NCBI GenBank assembly: GCA_016432545.1
Contig: CP066694.1
Coordinates: forward strand, 1,307,206-1,371,205
Length of the DNA stretch: 64,000 nucleotides
Reading direction: 5' to 3'
Source: an archaeon
GTDB lineage: Archaea > Thermoproteota > Nitrososphaeria > Nitrososphaerales > Gagatemarchaeaceae
Shown: piece by piece, positions 24,152-34,369 of the stretch
Layout of the letters: every line of letters begins with the position of its first letter
Position numbering within the stretch: position 1 is the first letter of the stretch
Program-made: the position numbers and the translations under genes
Notes under the pieces: model-generated
Database searches by the model: none
What the model saw: only the letters and a program-made list of their open reading frames with translations
What the model was told of the DNA's origin: nothing

Positions 24152-25858
24152 TCAGCCTCCGAAGTATTCCTTCACAGAGCGGCTCCTTGTCGCCAGCTTC
24201 CTCGCCTTCTCCAGGTGTTCGTCCTCGAGCCGCTTGAAGGGTATCTCCGGCTTGGAAGCCACCTTGAACCCCCGCGGGATCTTCCGGATGTCCTCCCAGC
24301 CCGCTTCAGGCGTCCCTAGGGTTGCAAGTATCTTTCGAGAAGACCCGGGCAGGAATGGCTGGAGGAGAATCGCAAGCTTCCTGCTAACTTCGAGGCACGA
24401 ATAGATCACCTGCTCGCATGCCTCCTTGTCTTCCTTGATTAGCTTCCAGGGTTGACTCCGCTGAAAGAACCCGTTCCCCAGGTCTGCGATTGCGAGGATT
24501 TTCGACATCGCATCCCTGATGTCGACCTGGTCCATCAGCCGACCGACCTCGTCGCAATTCTCCAGCGCCCTATGCATGAAGTCTGCTCCGTCGGAGGGGT
24601 TCCCACCCTTGACCTCCCCCCCGAAGTAGTTCCATGCGAACGTCGTCGTCCTATGGACGAAGTTACCGATGTTAGCCACGAGTTCGTTGTTGACCTTGCT
24701 CTGGAATTCGTCCCACTTGAACTCCGTGTCCCTCGTTTCAGGGATCAGCTGGATGAGATAGTACCTCCATACGTCGGGGTCCAGCCCCACCTCAGGGACG
24801 CTTTCACAGAAGACTCCCCAACCCCTGCTCTTCGAGATCTTGTCCCCCTCGTAGTTACAGAACTGCATCCCCACTACATCGTAGGGAAGGTCGATACCTC
24901 CGTGGGCCATCAGCATCCCGGGCCAGAAGATGGTGTGGAATGGTATGTTGTCCTTGCCGAGGAAGTTGTAGATCTTCACGTCCCCTTCCAGCCAGAACTT
25001 CTTCCACTCGTTGGGCTTCCCCTTACCTTCGGCCCACTCCTTGGTCGAGGAGATGTACCCGATGGGCGCGTCGAACCACACGTAGAAGACCTTGTCCCTG
25101 TACCCTTCGATGGGGACCGGGACCCCCCATCTCAGGTCTCTAGTGATTGACCGCTTCTTGAGCCCCTCCTTGATCCAACCCAGGGCGAGGGACGTCACCT
25201 GGCTCTTCCACTCCTTCTTGGACCTGATCCAGCGCTGCAGCTCCCCCTGCACCTTCCCAAGCTCGAGAAACAGCTGCTTGCTGTCCTTGAAGACCGGAAC
25301 GCTGCCGTCAACCTTGCACTTGGGGTCGATCAGCTGGATTGGGTCGAGGAGTGTCGAGCAATTCTCGCACTGATCCCCTCTTGCGAACTTGTATCCACAA
25401 ACGGGGCAGGTCCCCTGTACGTACCTGTCGGGGAGGAATATCCTGTCCTTCTCGCAGTACGGCAGGCGGAGTACTCCCTCGCTTACGTAACCATTCTTGT
25501 GGATCTTGAGGAAGAACTCCTGGGTGGTCCTGTGGTGGATCTCCCTCGAAGTCCTGGAGAAGTTGTCGTAGGAAATCTCGAACCAAGAGTAGATTCCCTT
25601 CTGCACTTCGAAGAGGACGTCAGTCAGCTGCCTTGGTGTAATCCCTAGCTCAAGGGCGGCGACCTCGGTGGGGGTCCCGTTCTCGTCCGTCCCTCCTATG
25701 AACACAGTCTCGAGGCCCCTGAGCCTGCAGTACCTCGCGAAGATGTCGGCAGGCAGGTGGGAACCGACCAAGTTCCCCACGTGGGGGACGGCGTTCGTGT
25801 ATGGGAGGGCGCAGAGGACGAGCACCCGCCCGCTCTTGGGTCGCGATCGCGGAGCCAC
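24152..25858 (-). CDS. metG: methionine--tRNA ligase
   Basis: PYTNAVPHVGNLVG (HIGH-type), a CPVCG...CENC zinc knuckle, and KISKSRG (KMSKS). Confidence 0.92.
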   Translation of the reverse strand: MAPRSRPKSGRVLVLCALPYTNAVPHVGNLVGSHLPADIFARYCRLRGLETVFIGGTDENGTPTEVAALELGITPRQLTDVLFEVQKGIYSWFEISYDNFSRTSREIHHRTTQEFFLKIHKNGYVSEGVLRLPYCEKDRIFLPDRYVQGTCPVCGYKFARGDQCENCSTLLDPIQLIDPKCKVDGSVPVFKDSKQLFLELGKVQGELQRWIRSKKEWKSQVTSLALGWIKEGLKKRSITRDLRWGVPVPIEGYRDKVFYVWFDAPIGYISSTKEWAEGKGKPNEWKKFWLEGDVKIYNFLGKDNIPFHTIFWPGMLMAHGGIDLPYDVVGMQFCNYEGDKISKSRGWGVFCESVPEVGLDPDVWRYYLIQLIPETRDTEFKWDEFQSKVNNELVANIGNFVHRTTTFAWNYFGGEVKGGNPSDGADFMHRALENCDEVGRLMDQVDIRDAMSKILAIADLGNGFFQRSQPWKLIKEDKEACEQVIYSCLEVSRKLAILLQPFLPGSSRKILATLGTPEAGWEDIRKIPRGFKVASKPEIPFKRLEDEHLEKARKLATRSRSVKEYFGG

Positions 25859-25898
25859 TTCTGACTGCGAGCGTCAATCTTTCAGTATAAACCTTGAC

Positions 25899-27131
25899 TC
25901 AGGTTTCCCAGCTTTTGGCGTACATCCTCTGCGCCTCGGTCTGGGCCCCGATTCTGACCCCCATCGACTCGAGAGCTGCCCTGGCGACCTCGTCCTCCAC
26001 TTCGGCCGGGACCCCGTAGACCGTCTTCTCCATCTTTCCATGGTCCGTGCGGATCCGAAGGGCAGCCAGGAACTGGTTGGCGAACGACATCTGCATGACC
26101 TCCGGCGGGTGCCCCTCTGCAGCTACCAGGTTGGCAATCCTGCCTTTCCCCACGAGGTACACCTTCTTCCCACCCGGGAGCACCACCTCGTCCACGTGGG
26201 GGCGGACCTCTCTGACCGACTTTGCCTTCGAGAGGAGCGTCTTCACCTCGATCTCGACGTCAAAGTGCCCTGCGTTGGCCAGTATCGCTCCTTCCTTCAT
26301 CGCCAGGATCGCGCTGTAAGGAATCACGTTCTTCTGACCCGTCGCTGTCACGAAGAGCCTCCCTCGCCCCGCCGCTCCCAGCATGTCTGTCACCTCAAAC
26401 CCGTCCAGGTGAGCCTCGAGCGCCTTGACCGGGTCCACCTCCACGACCGTGACCCTCCCGCCCATCCCCCTGGCGCGCATCGCGACCCCCTTCCCGACCC
26501 ACCCGTATCCGACCACGACTACGCTCATCCCGGCCAGCAACAGTGCAGTGGCCCTCATGATCCCGTCCAGGGTGCTCTGGCCAGTCCCATACCTGTTGTC
26601 GAAGAGGAACTTGGTCTTCGCGTCGTTGACCGCAATGACAGGGTACTTCAGCCGCCCTTCAGCCTCGAGGGCCTTCAGCCTGACGACCCCGGTCGTCGTC
26701 TCCTCCGACCCCCCGACAATCCCCTTCGCACCACGCCCGTGGGCCGCCACGTGCAGGTCCGCCCCGTCGTCGACGAGCTGGGTCGGTCTAAAGGAGAGGA
26801 CCTTCCCCAGGCACCAGTCGTACTCCTTGGCAGTCTGCCCTCTCCATGCCCAGACCTCAGTCCTGGTCGCCAGGTAGGCCGCTATGTCGTCCTGCGTGGA
26901 AAGGGGGTTCGCGCCTGCAAGACTGACCTCGGCTCCGGCCGAGAGGAGTGTATCAACCAGGACAGAGGTCTCCTTGGTCACGTGCAGGCAGACGCCGAGC
27001 CTTACTCCGGCCAGGGGTTTCTTCTTCGAATGCCTCTCGGCCAGACCCGTAAGCGCTCCCATGTGGGCTTTCGCCCACTTGAAGTTCTTCTCGCCTTCGG
27101 CCGCGAGCTTTGGGTCTGCTATCTTCGTCAA
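25899..27131 (-). CDS. ahcY: adenosylhomocysteinase
   Basis: 410 aa, archaeal length. HVTKETSVL, an NAD-binding VVVVGYGWVGKG motif and GHFDVEI. Confidence 0.92.
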   Translation of the reverse strand: MTKIADPKLAAEGEKNFKWAKAHMGALTGLAERHSKKKPLAGVRLGVCLHVTKETSVLVDTLLSAGAEVSLAGANPLSTQDDIAAYLATRTEVWAWRGQTAKEYDWCLGKVLSFRPTQLVDDGADLHVAAHGRGAKGIVGGSEETTTGVVRLKALEAEGRLKYPVIAVNDAKTKFLFDNRYGTGQSTLDGIMRATALLLAGMSVVVVGYGWVGKGVAMRARGMGGRVTVVEVDPVKALEAHLDGFEVTDMLGAAGRGRLFVTATGQKNVIPYSAILAMKEGAILANAGHFDVEIEVKTLLSKAKSVREVRPHVDEVVLPGGKKVYLVGKGRIANLVAAEGHPPEVMQMSFANQFLAALRIRTDHGKMEKTVYGVPAEVEDEVARAALESMGVRIGAQTEAQRMYAKSWET

Positions 27132-27184
27132 CCTAACTACCCCGCAGACTCATCTGCTTTATCGTTGCTCCTTCAGGTCGCTCG

Positions 27185-27721
27185 CTACTCTTTGTCATAC
27201 TTCGCGAGCGAGTAGACCTCATACCCCTCGAGCTTCTCCCTCCCCTTCAGGTACGTAAGCTCGGTCACGAAGGCGAATCCCACGACCTTTCCGCCCATCC
27301 TCTCGACGAGCTTTGCTGCGGCCCGAGCGGTGCCTCCGGTCGCGAGCAGGTCGTCCACCACGAGCACCTTCTCTCCCTTCGATATGGCATCGGAGTGGAC
27401 TTCAAGCCCCTGTCGGCCGTACTCCAGCTCGTAGTTCATGCTGACCTTCTTCCCTGGTAGCTTGCCCACCTTCCTCGCGGGGACGAACCCTACCCCCATT
27501 CGGTCCGCAAGCGGAGCTCCGACGATGAACCCCCTCGCTTCTATCCCGACGACCTTATCGACTCTCTTCCCCTTCCACCGGTCCTCGAGGGCCTTCGTGA
27601 CCCTTCTCGAGAGCTTCGCGTCCTTCCAGAGCGTCGTCAGGTCCTTGAACGAGACGCCCTTCTTGGGATAGTCAGGGATGTTCCTCACTGCGGCCCTGAC
27701 CTCTCGGTCGAGGTCCGCCAA
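27185..27721 (-). CDS. apt: adenine phosphoribosyltransferase
   Basis: PRPP-binding motif VLVVDDLLATGGTA. Confidence 0.9.
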   Translation of the reverse strand: MADLDREVRAAVRNIPDYPKKGVSFKDLTTLWKDAKLSRRVTKALEDRWKGKRVDKVVGIEARGFIVGAPLADRMGVGFVPARKVGKLPGKKVSMNYELEYGRQGLEVHSDAISKGEKVLVVDDLLATGGTARAAAKLVERMGGKVVGFAFVTELTYLKGREKLEGYEVYSLAKYDKE

Positions 27722-28528
27722 TCAGGCGCTCAGCCTCGCGTGTTTCAGGGCGGCCTTGCAGTCGCACCCTCGCTCCTCCGGGAGTCCTTTCGCCACCTCG
27801 GATATCAGGCCCCTGAGCCTCTCAATGTTCTGATTGAAGACCCTGACGACTTCCTCGTGAGAAACGGGCGCCGCCTCCGGGTCTCCCTCCAGGCCTGCGT
27901 CGTAGTCCGTCGCAAGAGACACGTTGAGGTAGCAGAGCTCGAGCTCCCTGGCGAGCACGACCTCCGGGTACTGGGTCATGTTGACCACGTCCCAGCCCTG
28001 CTTCGAGAAGAACCTGCTCTCCGCCTTGGTCGAGAACCTCGGTCCTTCGATGACCACGACCGTCCCCTTCTCATGGAACTTCAGGCCCAATTTCTTTGCG
28101 GCCGCCACAGCCACACTCCTCATCTCTGGGCAGTAGGGCTCGGCCATCCCGACGTGGGTCGTCTCCGGCCCATCGTAGAAGGTCCCGACCCTGCCCGAGG
28201 TGAAGTTCACGAACTGGTCGCAGAAGACAAAGTCGCCCGGCTTGATCTCAGCTCTCAGGCTCCCCACTGCGGTCGGCGCGATTACCCTCTGAACCCCGAG
28301 CTGGCTGAACGCGCTGACATTGGCCAAGTAGGGGACCTTGTGCGGAGGGAACTCGTGCCTGACCCCGTGCCGAGGCAGGAAGGCGACCTCTCTCCCTCCC
28401 AAACTCGAGATAGCGACCTTCGCGCTTGGCGCCCCATACTTCGTCCTCACCGTTACCTGTTCCGAGTCTCCGAAGAGCCTGTAGAAGCCTGAACCGCCAA
28501 AGACGCCGACCTCCGCCCTCGGCTTCAC
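27722..28528 (-). CDS. mtnP: S-methyl-5'-thioadenosine phosphorylase
   Basis: VGVFGGSGFY ... FLPRHG ... family pattern. It directly abuts apt. Confidence 0.88.
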   Translation of the reverse strand: MKPRAEVGVFGGSGFYRLFGDSEQVTVRTKYGAPSAKVAISSLGGREVAFLPRHGVRHEFPPHKVPYLANVSAFSQLGVQRVIAPTAVGSLRAEIKPGDFVFCDQFVNFTSGRVGTFYDGPETTHVGMAEPYCPEMRSVAVAAAKKLGLKFHEKGTVVVIEGPRFSTKAESRFFSKQGWDVVNMTQYPEVVLARELELCYLNVSLATDYDAGLEGDPEAAPVSHEEVVRVFNQNIERLRGLISEVAKGLPEERGCDCKAALKHARLSA

Positions 28529-28614
28529 AGTCCGCCCTCGCCAGTTTCCGATTTAATCTTTGGGACCTCTGGGCCCCAATAGTTTGAAATACCCTATCGG
28601 TATTTTTTCTCTTC

Positions 28615-29031
28615 ATGGCGCGATCATACGAGGAACTCCTCACGAGGGCCAGGTCTGGAGTCGCAAAGGACACCAAGAAGTCCGGCGCCCTCCGCCTCGA
28701 GCTCCCAGAAGCCGACGTGATCTGGGTTGGCAACAAGACGATCTTCCGCAACTACGCTGAGTTCCCCAAGCTTCTTCGGAGGGAGTCGCCCCGCGTCCTG
28801 ATGTACCTCGCCAAGGAGCTCGCGACGGCCGCCTCGGTTGATGGAGACAGGGCCATCTTCATAGGGAGGAAGGACCGGGACTCGTTCTCGCAGCTCCTCC
28901 AGCGGTATCTCAAGGACGGGGTCATCTGCCCGGTTTGCGGGAGCCCCGACACGCACCTCGACAAGGAAAAGAGGATGTGGTTCATGGTCTGCGAGGCCTG
29001 CGGTGCCCGCTCCGTCGCCAAAGTGGCGTAG
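28615..29031 (+). CDS. translation initiation factor aIF2 subunit beta
   Basis: C-terminal zinc ribbon CPVCGSPDTHL...CEACGA and a family-typical N-terminus. Confidence 0.9.
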   Translation: MARSYEELLTRARSGVAKDTKKSGALRLELPEADVIWVGNKTIFRNYAEFPKLLRRESPRVLMYLAKELATAASVDGDRAIFIGRKDRDSFSQLLQRYLKDGVICPVCGSPDTHLDKEKRMWFMVCEACGARSVAKVA

Positions 29032-29032
29032 G

Positions 29033-29344
29033 ATGGACCACAAGGGCTTCTCGGTCAGGACGGCTGCCTTCCAGGGGAGGGTCCTGGTCAACATCTGCGA
29101 CGAGGAACTCGTAGGCAAGGTCGTCGAGGAGGGGAAGCTCAAGGTCCACCTGTCCAAGGAGTTCTATTCCGGCGAAGTCGTCGAGAAGGGCGAGGCTCTC
29201 AGGCTCATCCGCACTTGCTCCGTGGTGAACCTTGCAGGTGAGAGGTCGGTCTCGCTCGCAGTAGAGAACGAAATCGGGACCCCAGAGGCGATCCGTGAGA
29301 TCGAAGACGTGCCGTTCCTGATGATCTACAAGTTCTCCGGCTAG
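29033..29344 (+). CDS. conserved archaeal protein (DUF424-like), commonly next to aIF2-beta
   Basis: Start set at MDHKGFSVRT (ATG at 29033). Size and genomic context fit. Confidence 0.55.
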   Translation: MDHKGFSVRTAAFQGRVLVNICDEELVGKVVEEGKLKVHLSKEFYSGEVVEKGEALRLIRTCSVVNLAGERSVSLAVENEIGTPEAIREIEDVPFLMIYKFSG

Positions 29345-30411
29345 GCGTCCCTGAACTTCTTCAGCAGCTCCTTCTGTGCCGAGCTCAGGCTCTTGGGAAC
29401 CTCGACGTCCACCTTCACGTACTGGTCCCCTTTCCCCCACGACCCGTTCTTGGGGAGGCCCTTTCCCTTGACCTTGAACACGGTCCCCGGCTGCGTCCCA
29501 TGAGGGACCGTGAGCTTCAACGCACCATATAGCGTCGGCACTTCGAGCTCAGTCCCAGTCATCGCGTCCACGACCCCCACCTTAGTCTCAAGGTAGATGT
29601 CGCTCTCCCTCCGCCCGAAGACCTTGTGCGGCGCCACGTTGACGACCACGTACAGGTCTCCGGGAGGTTCCCCGTTCTCTCCTGCGTTGCCCTCGCCCCT
29701 CAGGCGGAGGGTCTGCCCATCCTCTACTCCCCCGGGGATCATCACCCTGATCTTCCTCTGCCTTTCGACCGTCCCCCTTCCCTGGCACGCGCCGCAGGGC
29801 GAGTCGATCACGTATCCCCTTCCTGCGCAGGTCCCGCACGCCGATATCCTCACCATCCTGGCGAACCCTGAGGACTGGACCCTCTGGACCTGACCCGTCC
29901 CGCCGCAAGTCTGACAAGCACTGGGGCTCGTCCCGGCCTTGGCCCCGCTGCCCTTGCAGGTCCCGCACACCTCCTCCCTTGGGACGTCTATCTCCTTCGC
30001 AAGGTCTCCGACGACGTCCTCCAACCCCACGTTGAGATGGTAGGTCAGGTCCTCCCCGCGGCTCGCCCTCCGGGGCCCTCCCCCGCCGAAGAACTGGGCG
30101 AAGAGGTCGTCAAAGCCCCCAAACCCCGACCCCCTGAAGAACTCCCCGAAGTCCGCCCCCCTGAAGATGTCCTCCTGCGAGTACCTCCTGTAGACTCCTT
30201 CCCGTCCATAGGCATCGTACTGCTTTCTCTTCTCATCGTCAGAGAGGACCGCGTACGCCTCTGAGACTTCCTTGAACCGGGCCTCCGCCTCGGGCGACTT
30301 GTTCCTGTCAGGGTGGAATTCGAGAGCCAGCTTCCTATAGGCGTCCTTGACCTGCTGCTTGGTCGCTCCCTTCTGGACCCCCAGAACCTTGTAGTAGTCC
30401 TTCTCCGCCAC
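29341..30411 (-). CDS. dnaJ: chaperone DnaJ
   Basis: J domain with HPD (EFHPDRN), a G/F region and four CxxCxGxG repeats. Confidence 0.92.
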   Translation of the reverse strand: MAEKDYYKVLGVQKGATKQQVKDAYRKLALEFHPDRNKSPEAEARFKEVSEAYAVLSDDEKRKQYDAYGREGVYRRYSQEDIFRGADFGEFFRGSGFGGFDDLFAQFFGGGGPRRASRGEDLTYHLNVGLEDVVGDLAKEIDVPREEVCGTCKGSGAKAGTSPSACQTCGGTGQVQRVQSSGFARMVRISACGTCAGRGYVIDSPCGACQGRGTVERQRKIRVMIPGGVEDGQTLRLRGEGNAGENGEPPGDLYVVVNVAPHKVFGRRESDIYLETKVGVVDAMTGTELEVPTLYGALKLTVPHGTQPGTVFKVKGKGLPKNGSWGKGDQYVKVDVEVPKSLSSAQKELLKKFRDA

Positions 30412-30423
30412 GACGTCCCTCTC

Positions 30424-32283
30424 CTACTTGCCTTCGTCGACTACCTTGTAGTCAGCGTCCTTCACCTCGGCCCCGTCGCCCGCCCCCGCCTGCGCTCCCG
30501 GAGCCTGACCCTGGGGCTGCTGCTGCGCCTGCTGGTACAACGAAGCGCCCACCTCCTGAAGGATTTTCTTGAGCGCCTCGTTCTTCTCCCTAAGGACGGC
30601 AGGGTCCTTCCCCTCCATGGCCTTCCTCAGCTCTGCTGCCGCGGCGTCGACCCTGTCCAGGCTTCCCTTATCCACCTTGCCCTCCAGGTCCCTCTTGGTC
30701 CTCTCCGTGGTGTAAAGTATCGAGTCCGCTTCGTTCCTCAGCTCCGCCTCCTCCTTCTTCTTCTTGTCCTGTTCTGCGAACGACTCGGCGTCCTTCACGA
30801 GTCTCTCTTTCTCCTCCTTCGACAGCTTGGTCGACGCCGTGATTGCGATCTTGTTCTCCTTCCCGGTCCCGGTGTCCTTCGCGGCCACCGTCAGGATCCC
30901 GTTGGCGTCTATGTCGAAGGTCACTTCGATCTGAGGCACTCCTCTCGGGGAGGGCGGAATCCCCGCGAGGTTGAACATCCCAAGGGAGACGTTGTCTGAC
31001 GCCATCGACCTCTCGCCCTGGACCACGTGAATCGTGACCGCAGTCTGGAAGTCGGCAGCTGTGGTGAAGACCTTGCTGCGCTTCGTCGGGATAGTCGCGT
31101 TCTTTTCGATCAGATGCTCAGTGATCCCTCCGAGCGTCTCGACCCCGAGCGAAAGGGGAGTCACGTCGAGGAGGAGGATGTCCTTGATCTCGCCTGCGAG
31201 CACGGCGCCCTGAATCGCCGCCCCGATCGCGACCGCCTCCATCGGGTCGACACCCCTCTCCGCCTGCTTGCCAGCCACGTCCTCCACGAACTTCCTTACG
31301 AGGGGCATCCTCGTCATGCCTCCGATCAGTATGACCTTGTCCACCTGCGACGGAGTCAGCTTCGAGTCTGACATCACCTTTCTTATCGTCTGCTCGGTCT
31401 TGGAGACTATGGGCCTGGCGACCTCCTCAAGCTTCGTCCTGGTGAGCGTGTAGTGCAGGTTCTTGGGGCCGGAGGCGTCGCTCGCGATGAACGGCAGGTC
31501 GACATCAGTAGAGGTGAGGTTCGAGAGCTCGATCTTTGCCCTCTCGGCGGCCTCCTTGAGCCTCGCCATCGCGGTCCTGTCGCCCGACAGGTCGATCCCT
31601 GTCCTCGAGCGGAACTCCTGAAGGAGCACGTTGATGACAGCGTTGTCGATGTCCGTCCCGCCGGTCTGCGTGTCCCCCGACGTCGCGAGGACCTGGAAGA
31701 CCCCCTGCCCGAACTCCATTATCGTGGCGTCGTGTGTCCCTCCCCCGAAGCTGAAGACCAGGATCTTCATCTCCTTGTCCGACTTGTCGAGCCCGTACGC
31801 AAGCGACGCCGCGGTCGGCTCGTTGATTATCCTTACCACTTCAAGGCCGGCGATCTCCCCGGCGTCCTTGGTTGATTGCCTCTGGTTGTCGTTGAAGTGC
31901 GCCGGCACGGTGATGACCGCCTTCTTGACCGGATACCCGAGGAAGACGTCGGCGTCGTGCTTGATCTTCTGAAGGATGAACGCGCTGACCTGCTCGGGCG
32001 AATACTGCTTGCCGTACGCGGTCACTTTGTAGTCTGTCCCCATCTTCCTCTTGATCTCGAAGATGGTCCCCTCCGGATTCGTCACTACCTGCCTCTTCGC
32101 GGGCTCCCCAACCAGCAGCTGCCCGTCCTGAGTGAAAGCCACCACCGACGGGAACATCTTCCCCGAGGGAGTCGCCCCCTCTGCGCTGGGTATCACCACG
32201 GGCCTTCCCGCCTCCACGACCGCAGCGGCGGAGTTGGTGGTCCCGAGGTCGATCCCTATGATCTTCTCTCTTGCGCTACTCAT
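30424..32283 (-). CDS. dnaK: chaperone DnaK (Hsp70)
   Basis: [10 protein letters not shown] and the full Hsp70 sequence. Start set at the second Met (32283). Confidence 0.95.
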   Translation of the reverse strand: MSSAREKIIGIDLGTTNSAAAVVEAGRPVVIPSAEGATPSGKMFPSVVAFTQDGQLLVGEPAKRQVVTNPEGTIFEIKRKMGTDYKVTAYGKQYSPEQVSAFILQKIKHDADVFLGYPVKKAVITVPAHFNDNQRQSTKDAGEIAGLEVVRIINEPTAASLAYGLDKSDKEMKILVFSFGGGTHDATIMEFGQGVFQVLATSGDTQTGGTDIDNAVINVLLQEFRSRTGIDLSGDRTAMARLKEAAERAKIELSNLTSTDVDLPFIASDASGPKNLHYTLTRTKLEEVARPIVSKTEQTIRKVMSDSKLTPSQVDKVILIGGMTRMPLVRKFVEDVAGKQAERGVDPMEAVAIGAAIQGAVLAGEIKDILLLDVTPLSLGVETLGGITEHLIEKNATIPTKRSKVFTTAADFQTAVTIHVVQGERSMASDNVSLGMFNLAGIPPSPRGVPQIEVTFDIDANGILTVAAKDTGTGKENKIAITASTKLSKEEKERLVKDAESFAEQDKKKKEEAELRNEADSILYTTERTKRDLEGKVDKGSLDRVDAAAAELRKAMEGKDPAVLREKNEALKKILQEVGASLYQQAQQQPQGQAPGAQAGAGDGAEVKDADYKVVDEGK

Positions 32284-32815
32284 CGCCCTTCGCCTCCTGC
32301 GCCGGCCTGATAGCCAATTCAACCTTTACCATGCTGGGTCTCATCAAGTGGCCTCTGAAGGTGTATCCGGGGCGCAGCTCTCCGACGACCGTGTCCTCTT
32401 CCCCCTCGCCCTGAACCTTTTCGACCGCTTCGTGAAGCTTCGGGTCGAACCGCCTCCCCACGCACTCTATCTTCTCCAGGCCCTCCGCCTCCAGCGCAGC
32501 GAAGAGGTTCCTCCTTACCATCATCAGCCCCTCGGCCAGCTCCGTCCCGGAGGACTCCCCGGCCCCGTGCTGCAGCGCCAGGTCAAGCTCGTCAGCGACG
32601 GGCAGAAGCCTGCTCACCAGGGCTCCGATCCTGCGCTCCGCGACCTCCTTCGCCTCCCTCTCAGACCTCTTCCTGAGGTTCTCGAGGTCTGCCTGGGCGT
32701 ACTTCAGCCTGCTGAGTATCTCTGAGTTCTTCGTCCTTTCTTGGGCGAGCTCGGCGCCGAGCTCCCGCTCAGCGTGAGGTCCCTCTGTGCTGGAATCGTC
32801 CTGTTCAGACAACAT
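32276..32815 (-). CDS. grpE: nucleotide exchange factor GrpE
   Basis: Coiled-coil followed by a GrpE C-terminal pattern, in grpE-dnaK-dnaJ order. Confidence 0.88.
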   Translation of the reverse strand: MLSEQDDSSTEGPHAERELGAELAQERTKNSEILSRLKYAQADLENLRKRSEREAKEVAERRIGALVSRLLPVADELDLALQHGAGESSGTELAEGLMMVRRNLFAALEAEGLEKIECVGRRFDPKLHEAVEKVQGEGEEDTVVGELRPGYTFRGHLMRPSMVKVELAIRPAQEAKGDE

Positions 32816-32892
32816 CTATCGTCTCCCGCCTAGGCGGGAATCGGGTTCGCCCTCACTCCAAGGTATAAATTTTCCAAGCTTGGCGCCTGCGG

Positions 32893-33666
32893 GTGGAGTC
32901 AGACGACGAGTCCCCCAAGATGCGCGAGAGGCTCCTCAAATCGGAGCGCGACAACCGCTACCTGCGCAAGGACTCCGACCAGAGGAAGGTCATGGAGGAG
33001 GTCTTTGACAGGTCGACTCTCCTTGCGGTCGAGGAGCTCTTCGCCAGGAAGGACCTCTCCGAGCTCCACGGAGTCGTCAAGGCCGGAAAGGAGGCTAGGG
33101 TCTACCGCGGCGAAGACCCCTCGGGACGTCCGGTAGCAGTCAAGATCTACCTCGTCTCATCATCGGGCTTTCGAAAGAGGATGGGATACATTGCAGGGGA
33201 TAGGCGCTTCGGCAAGCTCCCGTCCGGCTCCCGCGAGACGATATACCTGTGGACTCGCAAGGAGTTCAAGAACCTGCAACTCGCCGAGCACGCCGGGGTC
33301 AGGGTCCCGTCCCCGCTGACCTTCCACAAGAACATCCTCCTGATGGAGTACATCGGAGTCCCGCCTGAGCCTGCCCCCACCTTCGCCGAAGCTGAGGTGG
33401 ACGAAGGGGACTACCACTGGACCTTCGAGACAATCGGCCGCCTCAGGAACGAGGCGAAGCTGGTCCACGCCGACCTCTCAGAGTTCAACGTCTTCAAGCA
33501 GCCCGACGAGAGGGTCCTATTCGACATGGGCTCCGCGGTCCTCTCCTCCCACCCTCAAGCCGAAACCTTCCTCAGGCGGGACGTCTCCAACATGGTGAGG
33601 TTCTTTAGTAAGCGCGGTCTCAAGAGCAGGGACGCTGATTACTGGATGGCAAAGATCACAGGATGA
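32893..33666 (+). CDS. RIO-type serine/threonine protein kinase
   Basis: GKEARVYRG, VAVKIY and HADLSEFN motifs. Confidence 0.88.
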   Translation: MESDDESPKMRERLLKSERDNRYLRKDSDQRKVMEEVFDRSTLLAVEELFARKDLSELHGVVKAGKEARVYRGEDPSGRPVAVKIYLVSSSGFRKRMGYIAGDRRFGKLPSGSRETIYLWTRKEFKNLQLAEHAGVRVPSPLTFHKNILLMEYIGVPPEPAPTFAEAEVDEGDYHWTFETIGRLRNEAKLVHADLSEFNVFKQPDERVLFDMGSAVLSSHPQAETFLRRDVSNMVRFFSKRGLKSRDADYWMAKITG

Positions 33667-34259
33667 GCTTCGAACAGGTCGTAAGAATCCCCCTCGAGAG
33701 AGTGGGGGCGGTCATAGGACGGGAGGGGACAGGCAAGAAGTTCCTGGAGGGTGAGCTGGGAGTCACCCTCAAGGTCGACAGCAAGGAGGGCCTGGTCACC
33801 ATCCGCTCGGGGTCGGCCGACTCGGACCCCTTCGCCGCCACCAGGGTCATCGAGGCGATCGGCAGGGGCTTCTCGCCCCAGCACGCCCGGCGCCTCTTGG
33901 AGGAGGGCTCTGCCTTCGAGGTGATCGACTTGCGCGACTACGCCGGCAAGAGCGCGAACTCCCTCGAAAGGCTCAGGGGGAGGGTCATCGGGCTCAAGGG
34001 GAAGTCCAGGCGAGTGATCGAAGAGCTGACGGGATGCAACCTCTCAGTCTATGGCAGGACCGTGGCGATCGTGGGAGGAGCCAACGAGGTGCGCCTCGCT
34101 GCAGACGCGATCCGCTCCCTTGCTACAGGCAGCCAGCACAGGACAGTCTACAACACCCTCCAGAAGGCGAGGACCAAGCGCAAGATGGAGAGGATGTTCC
34201 TCTGGGAAGGTACCTCTCCCGAAACTATGGAAGAAAAACTGAGCCGGCTGGAGGGTTAG
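33663..34259 (+). CDS. KH-domain RNA-binding protein (Dim2/Pno1-like)
   Basis: Two KH GxxG motifs (IGREGTGKK, IGLKGKSRR). Conserved pairing with the RIO kinase gene. Confidence 0.8.
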   Translation: MSFEQVVRIPLERVGAVIGREGTGKKFLEGELGVTLKVDSKEGLVTIRSGSADSDPFAATRVIEAIGRGFSPQHARRLLEEGSAFEVIDLRDYAGKSANSLERLRGRVIGLKGKSRRVIEELTGCNLSVYGRTVAIVGGANEVRLAADAIRSLATGSQHRTVYNTLQKARTKRKMERMFLWEGTSPETMEEKLSRLEG

Positions 34260-34369
34260 ATTATATCCGCTTCATGCAGACGTGATGGCGTCGGAGGATC
34301 CTGTCGAGGTCAACGATTGCGCTCACGTACCATCATCGCAGCCGCACCCCGAATCGGAGGTGGTTCCAA

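Noticed and set aside
25668-27215. 515-aa plus-strand ORF
   Set aside because: It is antisense to the well-supported ahcY gene. Its composition is Arg/Pro/His/Leu-rich with no motifs, which is typical of a shadow ORF in GC-rich DNA.
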